The notes under the pieces are model-generated. The model was not told where the DNA came from, did not search any database, and was given only the letters and a program-made list of their open reading frames with translations. A stretch of DNA of 64,000 bases. Source: an uncultured bacterium (GTDB taxonomy: Bacteria > Bacteroidota > Ignavibacteria > OLB7). Location: positions 11,218 to 75,217 of the forward strand of contig CBINGZ010000022.1 in assembly GCA_966250335.1 (NCBI GenBank), in the 5' to 3' direction. The position numbers and the translations under genes were made by a program. Positions 29,101-38,639 of the stretch are shown here, piece after piece (the stretch's first letter is position 1; every line of letters begins with the position of its first letter).

Positions 29101-29571
29101 GAGTGCCGGGTCGACGTGCCCGAGCACGAACCGCTGGAGGCGGAGGTGATCGCCGAGCTGACGCACGGGACCGAGGACTACTTCGAAGAGACCGAGATCT
29201 GCCGGGTCGAGGGGCAGGTCGTTCCTGTGCAGATCCAGTCGATCCGGCAGGAGGAGACCTCCGGCGAGACCTCCGATGCTCCGTCAATATCGGCGGTTCC
29301 CGGCGCGGGCGAAACCGGTCTGCGCGCGGTTCCGACGCCGGTCAGGCTCGGTGAGCGCTTTGTGCTGCAATCCCCGATTCCGCTCGGCGCCTCCGTCGAG
29401 ATCGTGATCGGCAACACGGCCGGCGAGGTCGTCGAGCGCCGGACGGTCTCCGGCGAGGGGGAGCCCGATCTCTCGGTCTCCACCCTGGGATGGGCTCCGG
29501 GAGCCTACGTGGTTCGTGTGACGGTCGGTGAGAAGGTCATCGGCACGGCGCGGGTCGTCGTCGTGGAGTAG
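26194..29571 (+). CDS. T9SS cargo protein built of SBBP-type beta-propeller repeats with C-terminal Por sorting-domain-like tail
   Basis: Signal-like N-terminus (AAVVLAAAAMATAPRLEAQ). More than 12 repeats of ~50-60 aa with pattern G..QWs..Yg......d.g.si..T.DgGfIvaGyt, for example GALQWSRAWDGS...TNDRGFIVAGWAN and GATQWAKSYGRQ...TFDGGYIVAGYSNS. The C-terminal ~80 aa (LGERFVLQSPIPLGASVEIVIGNTAGEVV...GAYVVRVTVGEKVIGTARVVVVE) resembles a T9SS CTD. Confidence 0.7.
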   Translation: MMGTFLRMSSGTTATNPPVVRREKVERRSTVAKRCAAVVLAAAAMATAPRLEAQFEYYYGDASALVDEWAYDMDATSDGGFIMVGARFSAGVTEVYAVKTDRVGQMQWDRTYRLNPAPLTTTTGYSVDETFDPFGNPSGYAITGSVSGFIGGVMSQDALLLKIDGVGALQWSRAWDGSSFGSNNADAGQSVQQTNDRGFIVAGWANYRTQADCFNPLSHVGGDMLLTKTNANGLTQWSAVVSHGPLFIPAGQFAYRMLRAQSVQQTTPDNGYIVAGYHHDPLAVPCQVLPAVNERMYALRLVPPGGPPAIAWSNTYPDPMGIADRGNCVRQVSDGFIIVGATQRATKDVYVVKTNTAGAVMWAKAYDAGGNDEGYTIRENGSRFVIAGTSTGAGGADALVMEITSNGGLIAAKLQGDLGTDEARAVRPVEHGRYVAAGFTDSYGGVGNYDLYMFDTDLEACEHCPGDDVPMTVSDVATFAHQEPVTISSAQPKTWSIVAADVSVLDQEICSTCQDLTAPTFQKHYNGWRVDFGTGGIPTAGGAGYAVVGYTHNSFDPGEDADALLMNLDPDGGIIWARELYTGISITQTDDRNDPGNRLEHGYAVAQTGDGFIVAGDIYYRNTTRDTNGLLIKVDQNGATQWAKSYGRQNEGEHDLWKSIHKTFDGGYIVAGYSNSRFAPTTPAGYNFYVMKTDASGNVGGPNTWAYTYGGDRDDFAYHIEMTDDNDDGIINNTDDDGDGIAEDGYIVVGYSNSSNDVINGGVDDDIYVVKLRADGTREWDAYYATGGEGQFYEDLGFWITEVDDNDVDSRRDDGYAIAGHTTFGGNGIASVYLLRIADNGTRIWDKKLEGDVNLDATAMSISQAIDKGFIVAGYTWSGFTPGLVDQSLLIKVDLCGNPQWSKEYPQTAMPADADHAASAFQTGDGGYVVFGTTCSFVHPGKADVHVAKTNCLGQLCNSEDLEWTAIEPECRVDVPEHEPLEAEVIAELTHGTEDYFEETEICRVEGQVVPVQIQSIRQEETSGETSDAPSISAVPGAGETGLRAVPTPVRLGERFVLQSPIPLGASVEIVIGNTAGEVVERRTVSGEGEPDLSVSTLGWAPGAYVVRVTVGEKVIGTARVVVVE

Positions 29572-29608
29572 GCCTTTCGATGACGGCGGCAACCTCGGTG
29601 CTCTGAAT

Positions 29609-29644
29609 ACGGCCCCGTCGGATCACTCCGACGGGGCCGTTTCG
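29609..29644 (+). terminator. Hairpin terminator candidate downstream of 26194..29571
   Basis: ACGGCCCCGTCGGA-tcac-TCCGACGGGGCCGT (14-bp perfect stem) followed by TTTCG. The T tail is weak. Confidence 0.4.
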
Positions 29645-29733
29645 CAACCCTTCGTCTCTTCCCCCGAACCGGCGGGAATAGACCGATACGATACGGTCGC
29701 TTCCCGAACGGAACCTTTTCCGTAACATGAATC

Positions 29734-31650
29734 ATGACAATCCTCTCTCTGGAAAACATCGGGAAAAGCCACGCCACGAAGCTTCTGTTCGAGGGGATCA
29801 CCTTCGGACTCGACGAGATCGATCGTGTGGGACTCATCGGCGCGAACGGTTCCGGCAAGACCACGCTCCTCAGAATCATCGCCGGGGTCGAGCCGGCCGA
29901 TACCGGCCGTGTGATGCTGGCCGGACATCCGGTCGTCGGCTACCTGCCGCAGCATCCGACGTTCGACGGCGATCTGACGGTTCTTGATACGATATTCTCC
30001 TCCAGCGGTGGCCCCCTTGCCGTCCTGCGCGAATACGAGGAGGCGTGCCGCGAACTGGCGCTGAAGGGGGATGCGGGGGGGCCCGCGCTTCTGACGCGCG
30101 TTTCCGATCTGGCGGCCCGCCTGGAATCGGTCGGCGCCTGGGAACTGGAAACGAACGCCCGGATCGTCCTCGATCAGCTCGGCATCACCGACACCGCCGC
30201 CCGCGTCGGCACCCTCTCCGGCGGCCAGCGGAAACGGATCGCGCTCGCCCATGCCCTGATCGAACGCCCCGACATCCTGATCCTGGACGAGCCGACGAAC
30301 CACCTGGACGCCGATACCATCACCTGGCTGGAATCGTACCTCGCCCGCTACTCCGGCGCTCTCCTGCTCGTCACCCACGACCGCTACTTCCTCGATCGCG
30401 TCACCAACAGGATCGTCGAGATCGACCGCGGACGGGTGCAGACCTTCGGCGGGAACTACGCCTACTATCTGGAGAAGAAGGAGGAGCAGGAGGGACGTCA
30501 GGCGGCCGAGGAGGATAAACGGAAAAAACTGATCCGTCAGGAACTTGCGTGGCTCCGCAAGGGAGCCAAGGCGCGTACCACCAAGCAGAAGGCGAGGATC
30601 GACAGAGCCGAAGCTCTGATGTCCGCCCCGAAACAGGAGGAGCGGGGGGAAGTGGAGGTCTCGGTGGGATCGCGAAGGCTCGGCAAGAAAGTGATCGAGC
30701 TTCATGACGTCTCGAAGTCGTTCGACGACCAGATCATCCTGGAGCGCTTCAACTATATCGTACAGCCCGGGGAACGGATCGGGATCATCGGTCCCAACGG
30801 GTCGGGGAAGACGACCCTGCTGGAGATCATCGCCGAACGGACCAGGCCGGAGAGCGGCCGGGTGGTGATCGGCGACACTGTCGTTATCGGATATTATGAT
30901 CAGGAGAGCCGCGCGCTGGAGGATGAGATGCGGGTCATCGATTACATCCGCGAGATCGCGGAGACGATCCGGACGGCCGACGGCTCCACCATCACCGCGA
31001 GCCAGATGCTCGAACGGTTTCTCTTCCCCCCCGCCATGCAGTATTCGCCGATCGGCAAGCTCTCCGGCGGCGAGCGGCGCAGGCTCTATCTCCTCCGGCT
31101 GCTGATGGGGACCCCCAACGTCCTTCTGCTCGACGAGCCGACCAACGACCTCGATATCCCGACCCTGACGACGCTGGAGGATTACCTCGACGAGTTCGGC
31201 GGATCGCTGATCGTCGTCAGCCACGACCGCTACTTCCTCGATCGCACGGTCGATCATCTCATCAGGTTCGAAGGTGACGGCCGGATGCGGGACTATCCCG
31301 GCAACTACAGCGCCTTCCTGGAGATCCGCGAGCGGGAGGCCGCCGAGGAGCAGCAGAAGAACATATCGCAGAAAGACGATGCGCGAAAGGCTGCCGGAAC
31401 AGCGCCGGCGACGACAGGTGATCGGGGCGACGCGCCCCGCAAGCTCTCCTACAAGGAACGGAAGGAGCTGGACAGACTGGAGAAGGAGATCGAGAAGTGG
31501 GAGGCGAAAAAGGGGGAGATCGAAGAAGCGCTGGGAGAGGTCGGGACCGACTACACGAAGGCCCAGGCGCTTGCCGAGGAGCTTCGTCGGATCTCCGAGC
31601 GTCTGGAGAAGGATATGGACAGATGGACGGAGCTTGCCGAGTTCGCATGA
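29734..31650 (+). CDS. ABC-F family ATPase (two ABC domains, C-terminal coiled coil; Uup/EttA-like translation factor type)
   Basis: Two Walker A motifs (GANGSGKTTLL; GPNGSGKTTLL), two ABC signatures (LSGGQRKRIALAHAL; LSGGERRRLYLLRLL), Walker B ILILDEPTNHLD and LLLDEPTNDLD, no TM segments. The C-terminal KERKELDRLEKEIEKWEAKKGEIEEAL coiled coil is typical of Uup-like ABC-F proteins. Confidence 0.9.
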   Translation: MTILSLENIGKSHATKLLFEGITFGLDEIDRVGLIGANGSGKTTLLRIIAGVEPADTGRVMLAGHPVVGYLPQHPTFDGDLTVLDTIFSSSGGPLAVLREYEEACRELALKGDAGGPALLTRVSDLAARLESVGAWELETNARIVLDQLGITDTAARVGTLSGGQRKRIALAHALIERPDILILDEPTNHLDADTITWLESYLARYSGALLLVTHDRYFLDRVTNRIVEIDRGRVQTFGGNYAYYLEKKEEQEGRQAAEEDKRKKLIRQELAWLRKGAKARTTKQKARIDRAEALMSAPKQEERGEVEVSVGSRRLGKKVIELHDVSKSFDDQIILERFNYIVQPGERIGIIGPNGSGKTTLLEIIAERTRPESGRVVIGDTVVIGYYDQESRALEDEMRVIDYIREIAETIRTADGSTITASQMLERFLFPPAMQYSPIGKLSGGERRRLYLLRLLMGTPNVLLLDEPTNDLDIPTLTTLEDYLDEFGGSLIVVSHDRYFLDRTVDHLIRFEGDGRMRDYPGNYSAFLEIREREAAEEQQKNISQKDDARKAAGTAPATTGDRGDAPRKLSYKERKELDRLEKEIEKWEAKKGEIEEALGEVGTDYTKAQALAEELRRISERLEKDMDRWTELAEFA

Positions 31651-31800
31651 CCTCCGGTCCCCCTCCCGTCACGGCCGGAGCGGGACGGGCCTTCGCGGCG
31701 TAACAATCGCTCCGGTCGTTCCGATATCAGCGGCCGGCTCCGGGTCTCCGCGCCGGCCGGTCGATCGGCGTCGCGCGTTTCATCCTTATCGCTATTCGAT

Positions 31801-33969
31801 ATGAATCTCTCCTCACGGCTTCTGTTCCGTTCGATCCTCCCTCTGTTCGTTGCGACTGTTGTTTCGGTCTCGGCCCAGGATGCTTCGGACCCGGCGGGTC
31901 GCTGGGAGGGGGCGATCCTGATACCGGGGCAGAGTCTGGGAGTGGTCGTCACACTGACCCGTTCCGGTGAGAGATGGAGCGGCTCGATCGACATTCCGCA
32001 GCAGGGGGCCCAGGGGGTTGCGCTCGAGAAGATCTCGGTGACGCCCCCCTCCGTGACGTTCGCCATCGCCGGCATCCCGGGCGCTCCCACGTTCGAGGGG
32101 CGGATCACGCACTCGGGGGACTCTCTCACGGGCGATTTCCGGCAGGGAGGGGGGAGCTTCCCCTTCGCGCTCGGTCGCAGGAGCGAGCGGAAGAGAGCCG
32201 AGGAGGCGAAGGTCGAGCGGACGAAGCTCGATTCGATCCGCGCGTTCATCAGGGAGGCGATGACGGAGTGGCGCGTTCCCGGCGTCGCCGTCGCGATCGT
32301 GCGGAAGGATAGCGTCCTTCTTGCCGAGGGGTTCGGCGAGCGGGATGTGGCGGGGAAACTGCCGGTGACGGAGCGGACCCTCTTCGCGATCGGCTCCTCC
32401 ACCAAGGCGTTCACCGCCTTCGTGCTCGGAACACTGGTGGCGGAGGGGACGCTGGAGTGGGACAAGCCGGTGATCGAGTATATGCCGGAGTTCAGACTGA
32501 AGGATCCCGTTGCGACAGAGAAGATGACGCCGCGCGATCTGCTCAATCATCTTTCAGGTCTTCCGCGCCATGATCTGCTCTGGTACGGTTCGTCGCTGAG
32601 CCGCGCGGAACTCTTCGAGAGGCTTCCCTATCTGGAGCCGACGGCGGGGTTCAGGGAGAAATGGCAGTATCAGAATCTGATGTATATGACCGCGGGGGTT
32701 CTCGCCGAACATGTGAGCGGGAAGAGCTGGGAGACCCTTGTGGCCGAGAGGATCTTCACCCCCCTCGGCATGACGGAGAGCAACTTCCGGGTCGACTCCA
32801 TGAAGAGAGCGATGAACCGGGCGATCCCCTACGAGTTGAAGAGCACGGAAAAGGAGGAGAAGGGGAAGTTCCTGGGGGGCCGTCCCGAGCCGACGGAATA
32901 TCGCAATATCGACGCGGTCGGACCTGCCGGCGCCATCAACTCCACCGTGACCGACATGACCCGCTGGGTCATGCTCCATCTGGGGAAGGGACGTTTCCAG
33001 GGGAAGAAGATCCTCGACGAGTCGACCATGAAGGCGCTTCATGAGCCGAAGGTCGTGATCGGCTCCGGAAGCTCGACCCACAAGGAACTTCTCTTCGATC
33101 TCTACGCCCAGGGATGGATGGTGCATGCCTATCGCGGGCGCAGGGTCTACGAGCACGGCGGCAACATCGACGGGTTCTCGGCGATGGTCAGCTTCCTTCC
33201 GGATGACGATCTGGGGGTGGTGATCCTCACGAACATGGACGGCACGCCGTTCGTCAACACGGCCCTCTACACGATCTACGACAGGCTGCTCGGCTATAAC
33301 GACGTCGACTGGAACGGGTCGCTCCTGGCGAAGATCAGCGCCCTCGATTCACTCTCCGCGAACGGGGAGGAAGATGATGAACGGAAGAATCTGGCCCGTG
33401 TCGAGGGGACCCGGCCGTCGCATCGGCTTGCCGATTATGCCGGCGAGTACGAGAACCCCGGGTACGGTCGCATCGTGGTGCGCGAGCGCAAGGGGAAGGG
33501 AGGGGGACTGGAGGCGACCTACAACGGCATCACGCTCCCCCTGGAACATTTCCACTACGATCTGTTCGAGGTCAAGGATGAGGAGAGCTACATGAACGGC
33601 ATCAAGGTGATGTTCCGGATGAACTCCCGCGGCCATATCGCAAGCCTTCTGGCGCCTTTTGAAATATCGACGGACGATATCCTCTTCGAGCGCCGTCCGC
33701 CCGCATCGCTCTACGATGCAGGCGCGCTGAAGATCTACGTCGGGGAATATATGATGGACGGCAAGGCGGTCTCGGTCTCTCTGGAAGGGAAGACGCTGAC
33801 GCTGATGGTGCCGGATCAGCCGTTATATCGTCTTGTGCCGTATCGGGAACATGAGTTCAGCCTGAAGGGTATCAAGGGTTACAGCGTGCGGTTCGAGGTG
33901 GAGGATGGAACGGTGACGGCCGCCCACTTCATCCAGCCGAACGGGACGTTCACGGCGAAGAGGAAGTGA
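31801..33969 (+). CDS. Secreted beta-lactamase-family serine hydrolase (class C/PBP4*/EstB-like) with large C-terminal extension
   Basis: Signal peptide MNLSSRLLFRSILPLFVATVVSVSAQD. Motifs S-x-x-K (FAIGSSTKAF), Y-x-N (YQN) and H-x-G (YEHGGNIDGF) are in the expected order. The remaining ~300 aa may be a lipocalin-like domain, as often seen in this family. Confidence 0.8.
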   Translation: MNLSSRLLFRSILPLFVATVVSVSAQDASDPAGRWEGAILIPGQSLGVVVTLTRSGERWSGSIDIPQQGAQGVALEKISVTPPSVTFAIAGIPGAPTFEGRITHSGDSLTGDFRQGGGSFPFALGRRSERKRAEEAKVERTKLDSIRAFIREAMTEWRVPGVAVAIVRKDSVLLAEGFGERDVAGKLPVTERTLFAIGSSTKAFTAFVLGTLVAEGTLEWDKPVIEYMPEFRLKDPVATEKMTPRDLLNHLSGLPRHDLLWYGSSLSRAELFERLPYLEPTAGFREKWQYQNLMYMTAGVLAEHVSGKSWETLVAERIFTPLGMTESNFRVDSMKRAMNRAIPYELKSTEKEEKGKFLGGRPEPTEYRNIDAVGPAGAINSTVTDMTRWVMLHLGKGRFQGKKILDESTMKALHEPKVVIGSGSSTHKELLFDLYAQGWMVHAYRGRRVYEHGGNIDGFSAMVSFLPDDDLGVVILTNMDGTPFVNTALYTIYDRLLGYNDVDWNGSLLAKISALDSLSANGEEDDERKNLARVEGTRPSHRLADYAGEYENPGYGRIVVRERKGKGGGLEATYNGITLPLEHFHYDLFEVKDEESYMNGIKVMFRMNSRGHIASLLAPFEISTDDILFERRPPASLYDAGALKIYVGEYMMDGKAVSVSLEGKTLTLMVPDQPLYRLVPYREHEFSLKGIKGYSVRFEVEDGTVTAAHFIQPNGTFTAKRK

Positions 33970-33971
33970 CG

Positions 33972-35930
33972 ATGAGCCGCAACGGAGCCGTCCCATCCCG
34001 CCGGCCTCTCTCGGCGCCCCTCCTCGGCGCGATCCTTGTGGGGATTGTGTCGCTGGTCCTCTATATCTCCACCATGAGCCCCACGTTCGGATACGTGGAC
34101 AAGGGGGAGATGGCGGCCGTCGCAAGCACCTTCGGGATTCCGCACCCGACCGGCTATCCGACCCTTATCGCTCTCGGATATCTCTGGACGGCGCTGGTTC
34201 CGATGCGGGATGTCGCCGCGCTCAATCTGCTGGCCGCGCTCCTGACGGCCGGGGGGGCCGCTCTGCTGGCGCTTCTGCTGTACGATATTCTGGGGCGCCT
34301 TCGTCCGGGGAGGAGGGAGGATGCCGGTTCCTCCGCCCCTTCCGAGACCGCGCGGAGCGTCGTATCCGCCTCGGCCGCGCTCTTCATCGCCGCCACGGCG
34401 ACATGGTGGGAACAGGGGACGGGGTTCGAGGTCTACTCGCTCCACCTTCTGATGATCCCTCTGGTGATCCTTCTCTGTCTGCGATATGTCGACGAGGAGG
34501 AGGGTTCTACCGCGGAACCGGGAATCCGTCCGACGACGCGCGGGTTCCTCTTCTCGCTCGCCGTCGGTCTCTCATTCACCAATCATCTTGCCACGATACT
34601 CCTTGCCCCCGCTCTTCTCGTCTACACCTTCGCCCGCCTCGGGTTGAACCGGCGGACGGTGGTGCGGTTGATCCCCCTGATGCCCGGTTTCTTTCTGGGG
34701 CTGCTCCCGTATGCGCTGCTGCCGCTTCGCGCCGCCGCCTCTCCCCGGTTCAACTGGGGAGATCCCGTGACGTTCGAGCGGTTCGTCGATCATGTGACGG
34801 GGAGCGCGTTCAGAGGTCTGCTGTTTTCGACCGGCAGCGAGACATTCACCTCGCATCTCGGCTATTTTCTGGCGAAGCTGCCGGCCGAGCTGGGATATCT
34901 CGGCATCCCCGTGGCTCTCGTCGGGATCGTCCGTACCTTCCGCGCTCCTTCCCTGGCTGTCGCGGCTCTCCTTCTCTTCCTGACCTGCGTGGTCATCGCC
35001 AGCGGATACGGGATCGCCGACATCGACGCCTACTATCTGACGGCGTTCGTCGCTCTCGCTCTCTGGAGCGCGGCCGGACTCTTTCTGCTGGCCGAACGGT
35101 TCGGAACGGCGACGGTCTCGGTCTGCGGCCTTCTGCTTCTCGCCTGCGCCCTCTGGTTCAATCACGGCAGGGCCGACAAGGGGGAGGAGACCCAGGTGGA
35201 GGAGACGGCGTGGAACATGCTCTCGAGCCTTCCTCCGAACGCGATCGTCATCTCCTCGCAGTTCAACTACTGGCTGGGGGGGAGCTGGTATCTGCAGGGG
35301 GCCGAAGGGGTTCGGCCGGATGTCACGGTGATCTACGAGAACCTGCTCGGGCTTTCATGGTTCGCCGAACGGCTCAGGGTCGAATATCCCGATATTGTTC
35401 TTCCGACGAACGGAGAGATCGAGAGGTTCACGGAAGCGGCGCGCCGGTATGAGGAGGGGGAGATCTCGTCTGACCCCGGCAGGTTGCAGACTCTCTATCT
35501 GGAGATGGTGAACGCGATCATCGGGTTGAACATCCCGCGCCGTCCCATCTTCGTGACCGGCGATATTCCTCCGCAGATGGGGGCGAACTACAGGCGTGTT
35601 CCCAATTATCTTGCGCTTCGCCTGATGCCGACGGAGGAGTATCTTCCGCAACCTTTTCCCGACTATCGGTTCCGGAGATGGGAGGGCCCCGCCGATCCCT
35701 ACGTAGCGAACCTGCACGAGCTCTACGGAAGGAGTCTCTACGCACGCGGTCTCTACGAGCAGGGGTATGGCCGGGACTCGCTGGCGATGGCATATTTCCG
35801 GTACGCGCTGGAGTTCGATCCCGGGTTCGACACGACAGATCTTCCTCCCATCCCGCTCGACGGGGAATCCCAGGTTCGCGCCACCGCGCGCTTCTTCGGT
35901 TCGTTGCGCCGGGGGCTGGGGAGCAGATGA
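33972..35930 (+). CDS. Polytopic membrane protein, DUF2723/GT-C-fold (ArnT/PMT-like) candidate glycosyltransferase, copy 1 of a tandem pair
   Basis: ATG 33972 (a GTG at 33966 is also possible), overlapping the upstream stop. Multiple hydrophobic segments. The N-terminal conserved block YISTMSPTFGYVDKGEMAAVASTFGIPHPTGYP sits in the first loop, as for the acidic motif of GT-C enzymes. The soluble C-terminal ~250 aa has TPR-like character. ~45% identical to the next gene. Confidence 0.6.
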   Translation: MSRNGAVPSRRPLSAPLLGAILVGIVSLVLYISTMSPTFGYVDKGEMAAVASTFGIPHPTGYPTLIALGYLWTALVPMRDVAALNLLAALLTAGGAALLALLLYDILGRLRPGRREDAGSSAPSETARSVVSASAALFIAATATWWEQGTGFEVYSLHLLMIPLVILLCLRYVDEEEGSTAEPGIRPTTRGFLFSLAVGLSFTNHLATILLAPALLVYTFARLGLNRRTVVRLIPLMPGFFLGLLPYALLPLRAAASPRFNWGDPVTFERFVDHVTGSAFRGLLFSTGSETFTSHLGYFLAKLPAELGYLGIPVALVGIVRTFRAPSLAVAALLLFLTCVVIASGYGIADIDAYYLTAFVALALWSAAGLFLLAERFGTATVSVCGLLLLACALWFNHGRADKGEETQVEETAWNMLSSLPPNAIVISSQFNYWLGGSWYLQGAEGVRPDVTVIYENLLGLSWFAERLRVEYPDIVLPTNGEIERFTEAARRYEEGEISSDPGRLQTLYLEMVNAIIGLNIPRRPIFVTGDIPPQMGANYRRVPNYLALRLMPTEEYLPQPFPDYRFRRWEGPADPYVANLHELYGRSLYARGLYEQGYGRDSLAMAYFRYALEFDPGFDTTDLPPIPLDGESQVRATARFFGSLRRGLGSR

Positions 35931-35967
35931 GTCGCCGAGAACGTCAACGCATGAGTCACATCGTATT

Positions 35968-37995
35968 ATGAGTCAATCGGACGTAAGAGAATCGGCCCCG
36001 GAGGCTTCGAAGGGGCTTCTCGGCGCGCTCACCCCCGCAAGGGCCGCCGCCGTCGTGACGGTACTGGCGTTCGTGCCGTATCTGATAACGATGAATCCGT
36101 CGTACGGGTTCGTCGATAAGGGGGAGATGGCGGCCGTCGCCAGTTCGCTGGGGATCGCTCACCCGACGGGATATCCCACCATCATGCTGCTGGGGTATCT
36201 CTTCGCGAAGCTCCTGCCGGTTCGGGACGCATACGCGCTCAATATCCTTTCGGGACTCCTCACGGCCGGGGGCGCCGGTGTCCTCACCCTCCTCTTCCAT
36301 GAACTCCTCACCCGCTTCGATCTCCCCCGTCCGGCCCCGACTCCCGTGCGAAAAGGGGAGCGGAACAGAGGGAAGGAGGCTCCCCGAAAAGGGGCGGTCG
36401 TTGCGCAGGCACCTCCCTCCGGTATGGAATCGAACGTTCTGCCGGCAGCCCTTGCCGCGCTCTTCACGGCGTTCACCTCCACCTGGTGGAATCAGGGGAA
36501 CGGCTTCGAGGTCTACTCGCTCCATGTGCTTCTGATGGCGATCGTGACCCTCCTCTTCATCAGGTATGTGGAGGGGGAGCGGGCCGCGGACTCGATCGAT
36601 ATCTTCTCGAAGCGGGGAGTGTGGTTTGCCGTCATGCTCGGGCTCTCGTTCACCAACCATCTTACAACGATACTTCTTGCTCCCGCCTTTCTGGTCTTCT
36701 ACTTCATCCGGCTCGGGATCAACGGGGGGGCGTTCCTGAGGATGGGGGGACTGGCCCCCTGGTTCGTGGCGGGACTGCTTCCGTATCTCTGGCTTCCGAT
36801 CAGGGCATCGATGAAGCCCCGGTTCAACTGGGGTGATCCTTCCAACATGAAGAGGTTCTTCGACCACATCACCGGCAAGCAGTATCAGGTCTGGATGTTC
36901 AGCAACGCCGAGACGTGGAGTCAGCAGTCGAAGTTCTTCTTCGGCAATCTTCCGGCCGAGCTTGGATATATCGGACTGGTGATCGTGGCCCTCGGGATCG
37001 TCCGGCTTATCGGGCGGAGCCCGGCCCTTGGGATCAGCGTCGCGGTTCTCTTCCTGACCTGCATCGTCTGGGCCGGCGGGTACGACATTATGGAGATCGG
37101 GCCGTACTATCTGACCGCGATCTTCGCGATCGGGATCTGGGCGCTCTTCGGTCTCTCCTTCCTGCGTGAGCGGATCGGTTCGCGGGGAGCGCTTCTCGCC
37201 GGCGGCGTCCTGGTGCTGGCGACCCTCGCCGTCAACTACTCCTCCAGCGACGAGAGCGGGAACACGCTCGTGGAGGACAAGACCGTGAACATGCTCACGA
37301 CGCTGCCGCAGAACGCCGTGGTCTTCTCCGCGCAATGGGATTTCTGGGTGGCCGGCAGTTTCTACACGCAGGAGGTGGAGGGACTTCGTCCCGATGTGGT
37401 CGTGGTCGATCCGGAACTGATGCGCCGTTCCTGGTATATCGATGAACTCCGGCGCTACTTCCCGGAGTTCATGGCGACGGTCAGGGGGGAAACCGACCGG
37501 TATCTGGTGGAGCTCCACAAGTTCGAATACGAGCTTCCGTACAACGACGCGGTGATCGAAGGGGCGTACATCGGGCTGCTCCGGGCGATGGTGGAGAAGA
37601 ATATGGAGATCCGTCCGGTGCTGGTCACCGGGGATGTCCGCCCGGATATGACCTCCGGGTTCGTGCTGACGCCGTACTATCTGGCGCTGAGGGTCACGCG
37701 CGATCCCGCCTATATTCCGATGGAGTTCCCGAAGTACACCTTCCGCCTGTGGGATCGTGTGGACGGATATACCGCCAAGCTGTGCGAGCTTTACGCGCGG
37801 AGCGCCGTGGGACGGATGCTCTACGAGCGGAAGCACGGACACGACTCCCTCGCCGTCCGGTATGGAGATCTGGCGCTCAGTTTCGACCCGGGATTCGACC
37901 ATGAGCATATCCCCAGTCTGCCGCTCAACAGCGAGGATCAGGTGCGGGGGACGATCGATTTCTTTGCCGCGCTCCGGGGAGAGCTCGGGCGCTGA
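35968..37995 (+). CDS. Polytopic membrane protein, DUF2723/GT-C-fold candidate glycosyltransferase, copy 2 of the tandem pair
   Basis: MSQSDVRESAPEASK...YLITMNPSYGFVDKGEMAAVASSLGIAHPTGYP shares the conserved N-terminal block and overall architecture with 33972..35930 (…WWNQGNGFEVYSLHVLLM… against …WWEQGTGFEVYSLHLLMI…). Confidence 0.6.
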   Translation: MSQSDVRESAPEASKGLLGALTPARAAAVVTVLAFVPYLITMNPSYGFVDKGEMAAVASSLGIAHPTGYPTIMLLGYLFAKLLPVRDAYALNILSGLLTAGGAGVLTLLFHELLTRFDLPRPAPTPVRKGERNRGKEAPRKGAVVAQAPPSGMESNVLPAALAALFTAFTSTWWNQGNGFEVYSLHVLLMAIVTLLFIRYVEGERAADSIDIFSKRGVWFAVMLGLSFTNHLTTILLAPAFLVFYFIRLGINGGAFLRMGGLAPWFVAGLLPYLWLPIRASMKPRFNWGDPSNMKRFFDHITGKQYQVWMFSNAETWSQQSKFFFGNLPAELGYIGLVIVALGIVRLIGRSPALGISVAVLFLTCIVWAGGYDIMEIGPYYLTAIFAIGIWALFGLSFLRERIGSRGALLAGGVLVLATLAVNYSSSDESGNTLVEDKTVNMLTTLPQNAVVFSAQWDFWVAGSFYTQEVEGLRPDVVVVDPELMRRSWYIDELRRYFPEFMATVRGETDRYLVELHKFEYELPYNDAVIEGAYIGLLRAMVEKNMEIRPVLVTGDVRPDMTSGFVLTPYYLALRVTRDPAYIPMEFPKYTFRLWDRVDGYTAKLCELYARSAVGRMLYERKHGHDSLAVRYGDLALSFDPGFDHEHIPSLPLNSEDQVRGTIDFFAALRGELGR

Positions 37996-38114
37996 CGCAA
38001 CCGCGAAACGTCGGCACGGTATCGACGAGAAACGTTATCATTGCCGGAAGGAGCGATGATGCAGTCGACCGGGGGAGAGCCCCCGAACTTTTTCACAGAA
38101 TTGTAGTCAGGCAG

Positions 38115-38639
38115 ATGGACACAGCGTCGAGCGAACCGGGTACCGTCGACAGGTCGAGCGTCGAGGCCGATGGAGAAGTGGAGTTCGTTCATGAGCGGAT
38201 CAAGCAGAAACGATTCGCCAGCACGATCGAGGAGGCGATGGTCGGGCTCATGGTCGCGGCCAGCGAGGTGAACTCCAGGATCTCCCAGATCTGCGAGGAG
38301 TTCGGCGTCACCGTGGCGCAGTACAACGTGCTCCGGATTCTTCGGGGTGTGCATCCGGAAGGGCATCCCCGCTACGAGATCAGCAGTCGGATGATCGACC
38401 GTGCTCCGGACGTCACCCGGCTCATCGATCGTCTGGAGCGGCAGGGGCTGGTGGAACGGATCCGCTCGCCGGAGGATATGCGCCTGTCGATCAGCAGGAT
38501 CACCCCGCACGGTCTCGAACTGCTGGAGCAGGTGCAGCCCCGGCTGAACACCCTCTTCGCCGCGATCACCGAGCGGCTGCCGGAGCAGGATCAGCGCGAA
38601 CTGGCCCGCATCTGCCGCGACCTCTGCCAGATCTGGTAG
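38115..38639 (+). CDS. MarR-family transcriptional regulator
   Basis: Winged-HTH region FGVTVAQYNVLRILRGVHPEGHPRYEISSRMIDRAPDVTRLIDRLERQGLVERIRSPEDMRLSISRITPHGLELLE is a classic MarR pattern; 174 aa. Confidence 0.85.
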   Translation: MDTASSEPGTVDRSSVEADGEVEFVHERIKQKRFASTIEEAMVGLMVAASEVNSRISQICEEFGVTVAQYNVLRILRGVHPEGHPRYEISSRMIDRAPDVTRLIDRLERQGLVERIRSPEDMRLSISRITPHGLELLEQVQPRLNTLFAAITERLPEQDQRELARICRDLCQIW

